Of a DNA stretch of 64,000 nucleotides, positions 1 to 10,624 are shown piece by piece. The notes under the pieces are model-generated. The model did no database searches and was not told the DNA's origin. It saw only the letters and a list, made by a program, of their open reading frames with translations. The DNA is from Strigamia acuminata (Eukaryota): contig OX442314.1 of the NCBI GenBank assembly GCA_949358305.1, forward strand, positions 2,666,001 to 2,730,000, read 5' to 3'. The position numbers and the translations under genes are program-made. Position 1 is the first letter of the stretch, and every line of letters starts with the position of its first letter.

Positions 1-970
1 ACGAATTTCCTGTCCTGGTTGAAATATTCTATCTGCTAATCAGTGTCAACGAATATTGATTTTATTTATCACAAGTTGGGATCGGCTGGGTGAAGGGTGT
101 CAACTGAAAAAAGGGTGGAGTTGAGTTTTAAAAAATAAAAAGATAATTATTTTCAACGACTAATACTTAATTTTTATGTGCCAAGGTTAGTCGGCGAGTT
201 GTTAATAAAATGTGTAAATAAAACGTGTTTATTGTTTTTCCAGTGCATATTATTCTTAGTTCATTTTTAATACATGTCTCATGTGATATAATATGGCGCC
301 CTAAGAATGCAGACGAGATATGAATATGGGAAAACCGTTAAATAACTTATCTTTTTAATTTAATTTTTTTTTTTTGGATATCTAGTGCAATTTTTACTAA
401 AGTTTGCGACGCATTTTTCAAAGAGTTATTTCGCAACTTTCGTAATTCTAAGTGATTAAAATCTGATTCGCAAGTTGCCTATTAAAAGTATAATGAAATT
501 ATGAAATATTTGTGTATAAAGGGCGGGAAATGATTTTCCCAACATGTGATTTCTTTTTTATACATTTTTTTTATTAATATTTAATTTCCTCAGAAATTTT
601 TTCTGATTCTAAAAATATTTTTAATCTGATTTAAATTTTATTTTATTTTTTTTAATAAATAATAATTACACAAAAGAAATAATTGTTATCTAAAACAAAG
701 GTTATAAAAAAATGACCCTGGGAATCTTATTCTGCACTTAACATGCTATCCAGTGCACAAATTGCAAAGAAAACACACGATTATATTTCATTTTTCTCAT
801 GGATCACCATCTGTTATTGACCCTTCCACCTTTCTAACCCACAATGAACTCATCTAGTATTTTTTTTTCAAAATGATAAAAATCATGAACAGGACTTTGA
901 ACCTTAAACAAACACTTTTTACACCAGGATTAAAAATAATACTAAAAAAAATTGAAAAATAAAATTTTAC

Positions 971-1125
971 TTGCCAACACCAAAAGGATAATTTCCATTT
1001 CCCATCGGATCATCGCTGAAAAATTGCGCCCAGTGTGGTGTTGCCACTGCAGTCACCTGTAGAGCCAAACTGATAACACCCAGCACACCTGAGCACAAAG
1101 GCAAAAGGGCTTTTCTGTTTTCCAT
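971..1125 (-). CDS. Probable first coding exon of a claudin/PMP22-superfamily tetraspan membrane protein (host gene continuing leftwards)
   Basis: Manual translation from ATG at 1125: MENRKALLPLCSGVLGVISLALQVTAVATPHWAQFFSDDPMGNGNYPFGVG, ending at a GT donor (970). A hydrophobic TM1 followed by 'ATPHW' is typical of this superfamily. Downstream exons were not identified. Confidence 0.45.
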
Positions 1126-2145
1126 TGTCCTCACATGTCTCAGGCATTTGACCTTCGAAATTCCATTATTTCTCCGCCCGGCGACGATTTCTGCCCAGTT
1201 CAGGTGCGCTTTCAGTTGCGAACAAGTGTAAACAACATCTGTTGATAGATACGGTGAGCCTGGAGTCGGTGATTACGTAATGTTGAATATTGCGAGTTCG
1301 TGCTGAATCGGTCAAAGTCAAAGGTGTCTGCGCCGAGTTAGGTGCTGCCAAACTACTCGGTGAATAGCATTTGGGGGAAGGAGGGTTGGCAGGTAAAACT
1401 CGCTTGTTCTGTTTGATACGTCAGTTCCTACTAAGCTCCGGAAACTGAGGAATGTGGATAGATGGGCTTGGTTTTTATGATAATGTTGTAAATTTGATAA
1501 GATTAAACCCACAACTTTCTTCTTTTGGGGGATGTTGGGTTTTTATTTTATTTTATTCTATTTTATTTTATTTTTTTTTATTTATTTAATATTTTTTAAT
1601 TAGATGGGTTTTTATTGAGTTGATATGGTATTATACTATTTTGTAGCTTTTAATTTTAATTGCAGCTTTTATTTCGGTGGTAATTAATTTTATTTGTAAC
1701 GATGTTGTTGATGCTCATTAGCCGTAATTGAAAGATGTCACTTATCCCTAATTTTTCTTGTTGGTAAACTAGATGGGATTAGTGCGCCATCTGTTGGATT
1801 AGTTTCTAACTTTAAAAAACATGGTGAGTTCGGTATACATTTTTTTAACTATAATTTTTTTTTGAAATGAAATAAATAAAATGGCAGTTAAACTGATGGG
1901 GAATATTCTCTTGGATTAAAACTGCATTTGTAGAGAACAGAAATTATATATTAAAATTGCTCATTCAGTTTCCAGGGGAGTTGTGTCAATGAACATCAGT
2001 ATACATCAGTATATTCTAAAATTATTTGTAGATCCAATGACCCCGATGTATGCGCTGTTATAAACTTCTACTGCACAATAATTCTTGATTGGCATAGACA
2101 TCAGTACTGATAATAATAAAAAAAAACTAGTAAATCTTAGTTTAG

Positions 2146-2701
2146 GTGCATTCAAAGTTTCTGTTTTTGTGCTGCCATCAGAAGCCATAAATCATTGAAA
2201 GCAATTAAAACTGAAACCAGAACTAGAGTAGTTTTTGATGTTGTTTAAGTCAGCAAAAACCAAGCTATAAACAGCCACAACAGATCCGTTTAAAATTTCT
2301 ATTTAAATAGTTTTTAGTGTTTCTGTAAACAGCTAAAACTAAAATGTAAAAATATAAAAAAAAAAAAAAAAAACACGTCCAACTATGAGACGATTTTGTT
2401 TTTGGGTCTATTTACAATTTTAGGCTTAAAAATTGATCATCCGATAGGATGAGCGGGCTAACCTTTACTCATGTTTTAGAAGGCGGAAGCTTCGCCTAAA
2501 AACATTATGATTATTGGAAGTTTGGTTTTTGGCTGTTTTTGATGTCCATTCTGGTAAAAATGGCAAAATACAAATACTTTGAACTCACCTAGTGAAATAA
2601 TCTTCCTCATAGTTATATAGTCATGCTTTTGTCGTGTTGTTGCTGTTTACAGGATGAGGAACATACAAAAACCATATAATAAACAGAAACTTTGAATGCA
2701 C
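2146..2701. mobile_element. MITE with 21-bp perfect TIRs (possibly PIF/Harbinger-like)
   Basis: gtgcattcaaagtttctgttt (2146-2166) is the reverse complement of 2681-2701. No coding capacity. TSD is unclear. Confidence 0.65.
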
Positions 2702-3119
2702 TCAGTGTCACGCCTACTTGATATAAAAATGAAATTCAAATTCATGTGTGAAGATCAGAGATAACTTCGCAGCAAAGGGTGGCGTTTAAACGCTGGTTTA
2801 AGATAAACATAACCTGTCATAGAATATACATGAACTCAATACTCGAGTTATTATTTCCGCGAGAGGTTTATTGACTCTCATGCATGAGTTAGTTCACGTG
2901 ATGGTTTGAGGAGTGTTAATCCATATTCCTCGATACCGGTACAGTATTCTGCCGGTAGTCCGAGACCATCAATTGGGCGCGGTTTGTATCCATCCAAGCT
3001 CGGCATCTTTGTCTCGTCACAACTAAACGCACTACTGCAATGCATGGTTGGATCCTGTTTCTAATAAATGTAACAATTGCCAATAGAAATCTGAAGTATT
3101 AAATTGCTAGTAAAAAGTT

Positions 3120-4040
3120 TGTAATAAAATTTAGTGTGAATAATGATTTTTTGGATTAAAAAGTAATCACAACAGATTGTTTGGATAATTGAATTATTCG
3201 GTAGAAAATTGTTAATTTCACGTTTTCGGCTGCGTAGGTTTTTTTTCTGAGTGTTTTGGTTGTGGTGACCCAGTTGGATAAGTGTCCCCCCAGGGCGGAT
3301 ACTTGTCCTATGAGTCACTATGATTAAAGAGTCGTTCCCCCCCGAGTTGGCTCCACCTCCCCATGGCAGGTGTGTGCCCCGAGGGGGAGGAAGCGGCTGG
3401 TGGTCAGCCCCCATTGGTTGATCGCCGGCCCTTCACCCCACTGCATAAAAGGCTGTGTTTCCCGCCTAAAGTCAGAACTTACACAAACGACACCAAGAAC
3501 ACAGCAACTACCTCACCGTCAGGCCAACTTCAACTACAAGTTAGGATTGATCGAGGATCGCTGAGTAAAGTGCAAACTGTAACTCTCACGAAGTCACTTG
3601 CGAGCTATTCCTGCGAAAGCACGAGAATAGCCCTTGTGAAATCACCCAGAATAATCGCCCAGACGATTATTCGCCGAAGTAAGTGTCCGAGTGCTTTGTA
3701 GGGAACCCCAAAGTTCCTAGACGAGGCCTCTGCGACGCTAAACAAACCCTAGACAACAGGCACGGATAGAAGACTCGAAAGAGCATTCCACCGCGTCCGT
3801 GAAGACGAATCCGTGACGAATTAACGACAACTCGAGACGCCGCCTTTGTTCCGCCGACCACGCGGAATCGACGACGCCATCTTGAGAAATCCTTTGTTCG
3901 ACGCTGACCACGTCGACTCTAGAATTATTACTGAGTGTATTTTAAAGGCATAAAGCCTGGTGAATAAATTACCTGTTTATTTACATACATTTGGTATTCA
4001 TTTGGGTATTTACATAATTGATCACAGGTAAAGTATTACA
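3120..4040. mobile_element. Probable solo LTR
   Basis: GC-richer island bounded by TGTAATA...TATTACA. Flanks agtt/cgtt match 3 of 4 as a TSD. TATA-like gcataaaagg at ~3443 and AATAAA at ~3963. Confidence 0.45.
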
Positions 4041-5479
4041 CGTTAGCGCTATTTAAACCTATACCAAGTAGGACGCGACATGGTTATGAAATTTTAATCA
4101 AAATGTTGAAGCCTGGATGAGAAAACCATTAAAGAAGTTGAAAAATATAATTTGAATGGCTTCGCTATTCAATCAAGTTACTGGAAGTGGAGTACATTCC
4201 ATTCCATGTCTAACAAATTCAATTATTGGTCTTTTTAAAATGCCAAAGTTATTTTATTTTTTAAATTTTGTTCATGTTGTGTAATTTTTGTTGTTGTTGA
4301 CAGTTAAATAAGAAGAAAACTGTATTTTGGAATGCATGTTTATGACAACACAAACAGCTTTATTTCTGTAATCAGAAGACAACACAGTACAAAATATAGA
4401 GATTATTGTATTTTATATTAATAATAATATATCATTATTGTTATTTTAAAAAGTAAATAATTCCTATTTCCATTTTTTGGTTTGTGGTTTTTTTTTTTTT
4501 TTGCTGCATTTTATTCTTATTTTCTATTCTTTAATTATTTATTTATTTTAAAAATCAAAAACCTATTTGAAATTAGTCCAACTAAATTTGAATATAAAAT
4601 ATAAATAAAACAATAAAAAAACAATCAATTTAAATTCGATGGTTCAATATGGATACAATTTTTTCTTCTTCTAATTCGACAAACAAAATAAATTTTACAA
4701 TTTCAGAAATAAAAAAAAATTAAAAAAAAAATATTATTTTTCTATTTTTATGAAATCAGTTTGCTTACATAAGTGTATGAGATACAGTATACATTTTTTC
4801 AATGTTGTCCTCAAAGATCTATTAGGTATGTCATTTCTTACCTGTTTGAAGACTAACACAAAACGGATAATAGCAGATTTTAATGTAGCTAAAGACATAA
4901 TGGTAATTACTACATTGGGTTTTTTTTATGCCAGGTCATTTTTAAAAAAAATCATGTCTTTTTTTAGGGTTAAATTTGTATTTATTAATTTTAATTTAAT
5001 TTTATAATTTTTTTTTTTTACGTTCAAGTTGGTTGAAGAGGAGGTTATACTGGTTAGTTAGATGTCAAAGCCCCGATAAAGAGATTGATAAATTGGTTTA
5101 GGGCTTTAGTTTAGGGCTACTGTGATTGCCTTGTCGCTTCATTATTTACCCCATTGCTGGAATAGGCCCATACGTTCGCAACGACAGTTTGTGCCCCAAA
5201 AGTTGCACCGGCAAGAGGAACTGTAGCAGCAGTCATTCGGTCGGTGGTCGCAGGAAGCTCCTCGTTTAACACAGGACCGCCTAGAAAGAAAGTGATTCAA
5301 GTGGATGTATGAGTATTTTATTATTGAAATGTGATTTTGAGATCAGTTTTTGTTGATAAAAGACGGATAAATCAGATTGCTTGCATATTGAAGCCTAACT
5401 TCTATATTTTATATACTCCATATATATTTTTTTATTTGATGGAAAATAATAGCTGAATTCAAAGTTTATATAAACAGAA

Positions 5480-5860
5480 TGGACACCAAAAACTGCCAAA
5501 AACCATCACCAAAAAATTGGTAACACAAAAACAGCGCTGGAGTTGTTTTTGAAATGGTTTATGTCGGGTTTTAGTTTTTACAACCAAATTCAAAATGGCT
5601 GCCACGAAAGTTAAATCGAGGGGTCGAACTTCTTTCAGGCGATGCATCCGCCTTCGAAAATGTGAGTGATGGCCAAATTGTGCTCAAACAAGTGAGCCAC
5701 AATTCGTTGGTTGATTGAAATGATGGGATTTTCAATCTCCATTTACTTGCAAGTCCGAGAATGCACTTTAAACGGGCTCAAAAACGAACACATTCACAGT
5801 TAGGCAAGTTTTTGCCTTCTGTAAAAACAGCAAATAGAAACAGAAACTCTGCATGCACCT
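5480..5860. mobile_element. Degenerate relative of the 2146-2701 MITE
   Basis: 5838-5860 (aaacagaaactctgcatgcacct) resembles the MITE TIR. 5633-5672 resembles the reverse complement of ~2462-2501. The left boundary is approximate. Confidence 0.35.
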
Positions 5861-5894
5861 AATTTTTTTAAAAAAAATTTTAGTAATGAGTTAG

Positions 5895-5989
5895 TGTTGT
5901 AGTAAAATATGAGATCTATGAATACGCATTTAAGATGCAATTCTTCATTTCTACCTCAAGGAGGGATTTAAAGGGATGAAGGAGGAAAT
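5895..5989 (+). repeat. Polinton left TIR
   Basis: tgttgtagtaaaatatgag...ggaggaaat is the reverse complement of 23023-23117, with one mismatch seen. Confidence 0.9.
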
Positions 5990-6189
5990 GGCCCGATGGT
6001 ATGAAGATGGATGAATGAAAAACAAAGAAAGAAAAGACTCAGATGGATTTCAGGAGCATAAAAAAATGATGCTTACCCTTCAATTTTTAAATAAATAAAT
6101 AAATAAATTATATTAATTTATTTAATTTATAAATAAATAAATAACTAATAAATTATATTAATTTAATTAATTAAAATAAATAACTACAA

Positions 6190-6460
6190 GTAATTCAATT
6201 CATTTACAAGTAATTCATTTATTTGTAAATATTTAATAAAAAATCTTAAATGTGTAATTCAATTAATTTACAAGTAATTCATTTATTTGTAAATATTTAA
6301 TAGAAAATGCTAAATGTGTAATTCAATTAATTTACAAGTAATTCATTTATTTGTAAATATTTAATAGAAAATGCTAAATGTGTAATTCAATTAATTTACA
6401 AGTAATTCATTTATTTGTAAATATTTAATAGAAAATGCTAAATGTGTAATTCAATTCATT
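6190..6460. repeat. Subterminal 64-bp tandem repeat (~4 copies) with an internal imperfect palindrome
   Basis: tgtgtaattc recurs at 6251, 6315, 6379 and 6443. Each unit contains atttacaa...ttgtaaat. Confidence 0.85.
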
Positions 6461-6548
6461 AATTAATTAATTAATAAATAAAAAAATTCCTAAAAGTATG
6501 TTTCATTCTTAATCAATTTTCCTTTTTTTTTAAAATTTATTTTTCTTT

Positions 6549-6580
6549 TATATAAAAAAGAATAATGATTTAGATTCATT
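6549..6580 (+). promoter_or_regulatory. TATA box plus Inr-like site upstream of pPolB
   Basis: tatataaaaaag followed ~25 bp later by ttcatt. A similar arrangement occurs at 19748-19781. Confidence 0.5.
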
Positions 6581-6591
6581 CTGTGCTCAGA

Positions 6592-9500
6592 ATGAATAGA
6601 TACAAATTCAGAAAATGTGTCGAGTTTTTAAAAGGAAAAAGAAAAAGGGGCGATTTATCTAGGGCTTTCAAGTTTAATGTCGGTTTGGATCAACTTTTGA
6701 AGAAATGCGGCGAATATAAAGATTTTGAGAAGATTATCTCAGTTCCGTATTATCTTCATAAAGGTATCTTTAATGGACAATCGCGCGAGTACATGGTCAA
6801 TTTCGATGAAAGGATTTGTGAAATAGAAGATGTGATTAAAGATGCCGCTCCAAATATCCGTGCTTTGGTGGCGGAAGTTGCAGCCGACATGAATTCGTGC
6901 AAAGTGAGTGTTATGATGCAATTGAGATATCGGCATTCCGTGAAATTGTCGCCAGCTCTTTTTTGGTACCGGGCCGGGCCGTTCGTGATGTTAACGGATG
7001 ATGTTGATCCAATTTTGGATTTGGCTGCGAGGCAACTGGCCGAAGAAAGTGCTGAATATGTAGAAACTCACGACTACTTCTGTTTAGTATGTGTAGAGGC
7101 TCTTAAAATTGATTTTGATATTTTAAAACAGAAAGGTGAATGGGGCAAAGATGCCATCTTCTTTCCATTGGGTTCGAATATTGATTTATCGGCCGTCATT
7201 CGCAATAAGAAAGCGGTTTTGACTTTTAAAATGGATTTGCGAAAGTCTTTTGTTTGGGCCATTCTTGCATCTTTACATCCGGTAGCTATTAATGCCGAAC
7301 GCATATCTAATTACTTGAAGTATGAGCACGAATTGAACTTGCAAGGCTTAGAATTTCCGCTGCCTTACAGAAACCTAGAAAAATTCCAGTCGCAGAATCC
7401 CGATATCGAAGTAACTATTTATTATTGCAATGGCGATCGCGTGGAAAGATACGTTACCGTTCACAGAAACAGGAAACATCACGTAGATCTATTCTTCTAC
7501 GGAAAGAATAGCTACGGACTTGTGAGGGATCCAAAACGGTTGCTGGGTTATTTTCCGTGTCACTACTGCGATAACCAATTCAAGAGCTGCGTGGGAAGAG
7601 ACAAACATGCGTCGATATTCCACTCCGTTCCCGAAAAATCGTCGTATCAGGAACTGGACGAATGTCTGCAGAAAAAAAAGGCCGTTGTAAATGTCCAGAA
7701 CTCGGATCAAAAAAGTTTTTTATGGTCTGTATTAGCTGCCTTGTATCCAGCCCCCGTTCATGTTTGCAGAGCGGATTATTACGAACAGTTTATGAATAAA
7801 CTCAATCTCGAAGGGCTAGTTTTTCCCGTGGGGCCGAAAGAAGTGCTTACGTTCGAAAGACAGAATGTAAGTTTGAACATTAATGTATTCGAGTTGCTGC
7901 CCAAGTCCCGCATTGTTCCGATTAAAGTAGATATTCTGACGAACCGCCTTATCACTATTAACCTACTGAAGAAACAAAATCATTACATGTGGATCAGGGA
8001 TTTCTCGCGACTCTTGAGCGCCGGCAATAAACATAAGCGGTATTATTGCATGAACTGTATGAACGGGTTTTCCAGTGCCATAGTGCTCGTTAGGCATAAA
8101 CGATACTGCGGGAAATATAAAGCCTGCAGCACTAAATGTCCCGACGAAGGAGCTATCTGTACGTTCAAAAGTGAGAAAAAAAAATATCCTTTACCGTACG
8201 TTTGTTACGCCGATTTCGAGGCATTCTTAGTACCTGATGCGGAGAGCGAACCCACTTTACATTCGATCATCATTAATTCTCACGAGCCGTGCGGTTATTC
8301 GTTTAAAGTAGTGTGCACTGAGAACGAAGCTTATTCCAGACCGTTACAGCTGTATAGAGGTCCGGATGCCGTCGATCATTTTTTGCAATCGTTGCGTGCG
8401 GAAATTAAAGCCGTGGTTCAGCAATTTTCCGAATTGGAACATAAACAATTCAATTCCAAAACGATGACTTCGCTTCAATGGATCGCTTATAGAAATGCAA
8501 CAACGTGTTACTTATGCGGTGATGAATTCTTGGAAGAATTAAAAGGCTTGACAAAAGTCTTGGATCATAACCATTTCACCGGGAAGTTTCGTGGGGCCGC
8601 ACACGCTAATTGTAACCTCAACTACCATTGGCGGAAATCTGTGCCTATAATTTTCCATAATGGAAAAAAGTATGATTTTCATCTAATATTGCCGCATTTG
8701 ACCGTCGCGTCAGAAAAAGTGACGATGATCGCCGAAAACTCGGAATTATACAAATCGTTCACGTTGAAAATCAAGACCGGTGATGATCCAAAACAGGTCG
8801 TAACGTTAAAATTCATGGATAGTTTCCAATTTCTCGCGAGCAGTTTATCCAATTTGGCAAAAAATCTAGAGAAGTCGCAGTTCGCTGTCTTTCGAAGCGA
8901 GTTTAAAGGCGAGGAAATTGATCTTCTGTTGAGGAAAGGAGTGTACCCTTACAGATATATGACCGGTTGGTCAAAATTTCAAGAAGATAAACTTCCGCCG
9001 AAAGAAGAATTTGAGAACATAACCGACGACGAATACCAATATGCCCAGTTAGTTTGGAAAACGTTCGGAATTAAAAACATGGGCGAATATCACGATTTGT
9101 ATCTGAAGACCGACACTCTGTTGTTGGCGGATATATTCGAACAGTTCAGAAAAATGTGTTTAAATCATTACAAGCTAGACCCCTGTCATTACATCACGTT
9201 TCCAAGTCTTTCTTGGGACGCTGCGCTGCTCATCACCGAAGTTAAATTGGAGCTTCTGTCTGATCCAGATATGTACATGTTTGTCGAACAAGGAATAAGA
9301 GGCGGTGTTGCCACTATCAGTCAACGCTACGCCAAAGCCAATAATCCTCTTCTGGCATCGGGATACGATTGCGAGAAACCAGAGAGTTACATCGTCTATT
9401 TGGATGCGAATTCCATGTATTCCTGGGCAATGAGCAAACCGCTACCAGTTGGCAAGTTTGCCTTCGACGATAATGTAGCCGAATGGTCACAAGAACGGAT

Positions 9501-10608
9501 TTTAAAAATGGGAGAGAACGATACGATGGGATGCATCTTGGAAGTGGATTTGGGATATCCGCAAGAACTGCATTCGTCCCACAATTGTTTGCCTTTGGCT
9601 CCGGAAATGATACGTTCTGGGGATGACACTTCTCCCAGATTAATCCCGCATTTGCAAGCTCGTTGTAATTACATTCTGCATTACAGAGCTCTGCAATTGT
9701 ACTTGTCCCTGGGCATGACGTTGATGAAAATAAAAAGAGTGCTGACGTTTGAGCAAAAACCGTGGCTGGCCAAGTATATCAAATTGAATATTGAGAAACG
9801 GAAGTCAGCTACCAGTGATTTTGAGCAGGAATTGGCGAAATTAGCTAACAATTCGGTCTTTGGAAAAACCTTGCAGGACGTGAGGAAATATAGACAATTT
9901 TATCTGGTAAACAATGCAAAAGACTTGAATACTCACGTCAACCACGTCGGTTTCAAAGGAAAAAAAAAATTAAACAAAAAACTGGTGTTGGTTGAACGGC
10001 GAAAGCTGGAATTGACGTTAGACAAACCTATTTACAGCGGTTTAACTATCCTGGACTTGTCTAAATGCTTGCTCTACGACTTTCATTACAACGTCATGAA
10101 AAAAAAATTCTCAGACAAGCTGAGATTGCTGATGACAGATACGGATAGTTTGATGTACGAAATAGAAGCTCCGTCAGTCTACTCGTTCTTCAGAGAAGAA
10201 ATACCACAAGTGATGGATCTGTCTAATTACCACCCACCCGATGGCAGAAACAGGCGTGTCATAGGATGCTTCAAAGACGAGACTGCCGGCGAGCCGATAG
10301 AAGAGTTTGTAGGGCTAAGAGCCAAATGTTACGCTTATAACGTGAACGGGAAAACGAACATGCGATGTAAAGGCATAAAGAAGGCTGTCGTGGAGCAAGA
10401 GCTGGACTTGGAGGCGTACAAGAAGATATTGTTCGGTGAACGGGAGGCCCACAGATTGAAATTTGAAACGATCAAATCAAAACTGCACGATCTCACAACG
10501 GTCAAGGTGGACAAATTGGCATTGTCGGCGAAAGACAAGAAACGAGTGATATTAGATGATTGTATTCATACTTTGGCTTATGGATACGTAAGCTTGGCGG
10601 AGGATTAA
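6592..10608 (+). CDS. polB: Protein-primed family B DNA polymerase with N-terminal duplicated vOTU-like/C2H2 modules and an EndoVII/HNH insert
   Basis: Exonuclease motifs YADFE, FHNGKKYDFH and YLKTD. Polymerase motifs YLDANSMY, KLANNSVFGK and TDTDS. HNH-like CYLC...DHNHFTGKFRGAAHANCN. First ATG at 6592. Confidence 0.95.
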   Translation: MNRYKFRKCVEFLKGKRKRGDLSRAFKFNVGLDQLLKKCGEYKDFEKIISVPYYLHKGIFNGQSREYMVNFDERICEIEDVIKDAAPNIRALVAEVAADMNSCKVSVMMQLRYRHSVKLSPALFWYRAGPFVMLTDDVDPILDLAARQLAEESAEYVETHDYFCLVCVEALKIDFDILKQKGEWGKDAIFFPLGSNIDLSAVIRNKKAVLTFKMDLRKSFVWAILASLHPVAINAERISNYLKYEHELNLQGLEFPLPYRNLEKFQSQNPDIEVTIYYCNGDRVERYVTVHRNRKHHVDLFFYGKNSYGLVRDPKRLLGYFPCHYCDNQFKSCVGRDKHASIFHSVPEKSSYQELDECLQKKKAVVNVQNSDQKSFLWSVLAALYPAPVHVCRADYYEQFMNKLNLEGLVFPVGPKEVLTFERQNVSLNINVFELLPKSRIVPIKVDILTNRLITINLLKKQNHYMWIRDFSRLLSAGNKHKRYYCMNCMNGFSSAIVLVRHKRYCGKYKACSTKCPDEGAICTFKSEKKKYPLPYVCYADFEAFLVPDAESEPTLHSIIINSHEPCGYSFKVVCTENEAYSRPLQLYRGPDAVDHFLQSLRAEIKAVVQQFSELEHKQFNSKTMTSLQWIAYRNATTCYLCGDEFLEELKGLTKVLDHNHFTGKFRGAAHANCNLNYHWRKSVPIIFHNGKKYDFHLILPHLTVASEKVTMIAENSELYKSFTLKIKTGDDPKQVVTLKFMDSFQFLASSLSNLAKNLEKSQFAVFRSEFKGEEIDLLLRKGVYPYRYMTGWSKFQEDKLPPKEEFENITDDEYQYAQLVWKTFGIKNMGEYHDLYLKTDTLLLADIFEQFRKMCLNHYKLDPCHYITFPSLSWDAALLITEVKLELLSDPDMYMFVEQGIRGGVATISQRYAKANNPLLASGYDCEKPESYIVYLDANSMYSWAMSKPLPVGKFAFDDNVAEWSQERILKMGENDTMGCILEVDLGYPQELHSSHNCLPLAPEMIRSGDDTSPRLIPHLQARCNYILHYRALQLYLSLGMTLMKIKRVLTFEQKPWLAKYIKLNIEKRKSATSDFEQELAKLANNSVFGKTLQDVRKYRQFYLVNNAKDLNTHVNHVGFKGKKKLNKKLVLVERRKLELTLDKPIYSGLTILDLSKCLLYDFHYNVMKKKFSDKLRLLMTDTDSLMYEIEAPSVYSFFREEIPQVMDLSNYHPPDGRNRRVIGCFKDETAGEPIEEFVGLRAKCYAYNVNGKTNMRCKGIKKAVVEQELDLEAYKKILFGEREAHRLKFETIKSKLHDLTTVKVDKLALSAKDKKRVILDDCIHTLAYGYVSLAED

Positions 10609-10624
10609 TATGACGATGGTTAGT

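Noticed and set aside
3061..3861. Overlapping 60-117-aa ORFs
   Set aside because: No motifs; they fall within the probable solo LTR.
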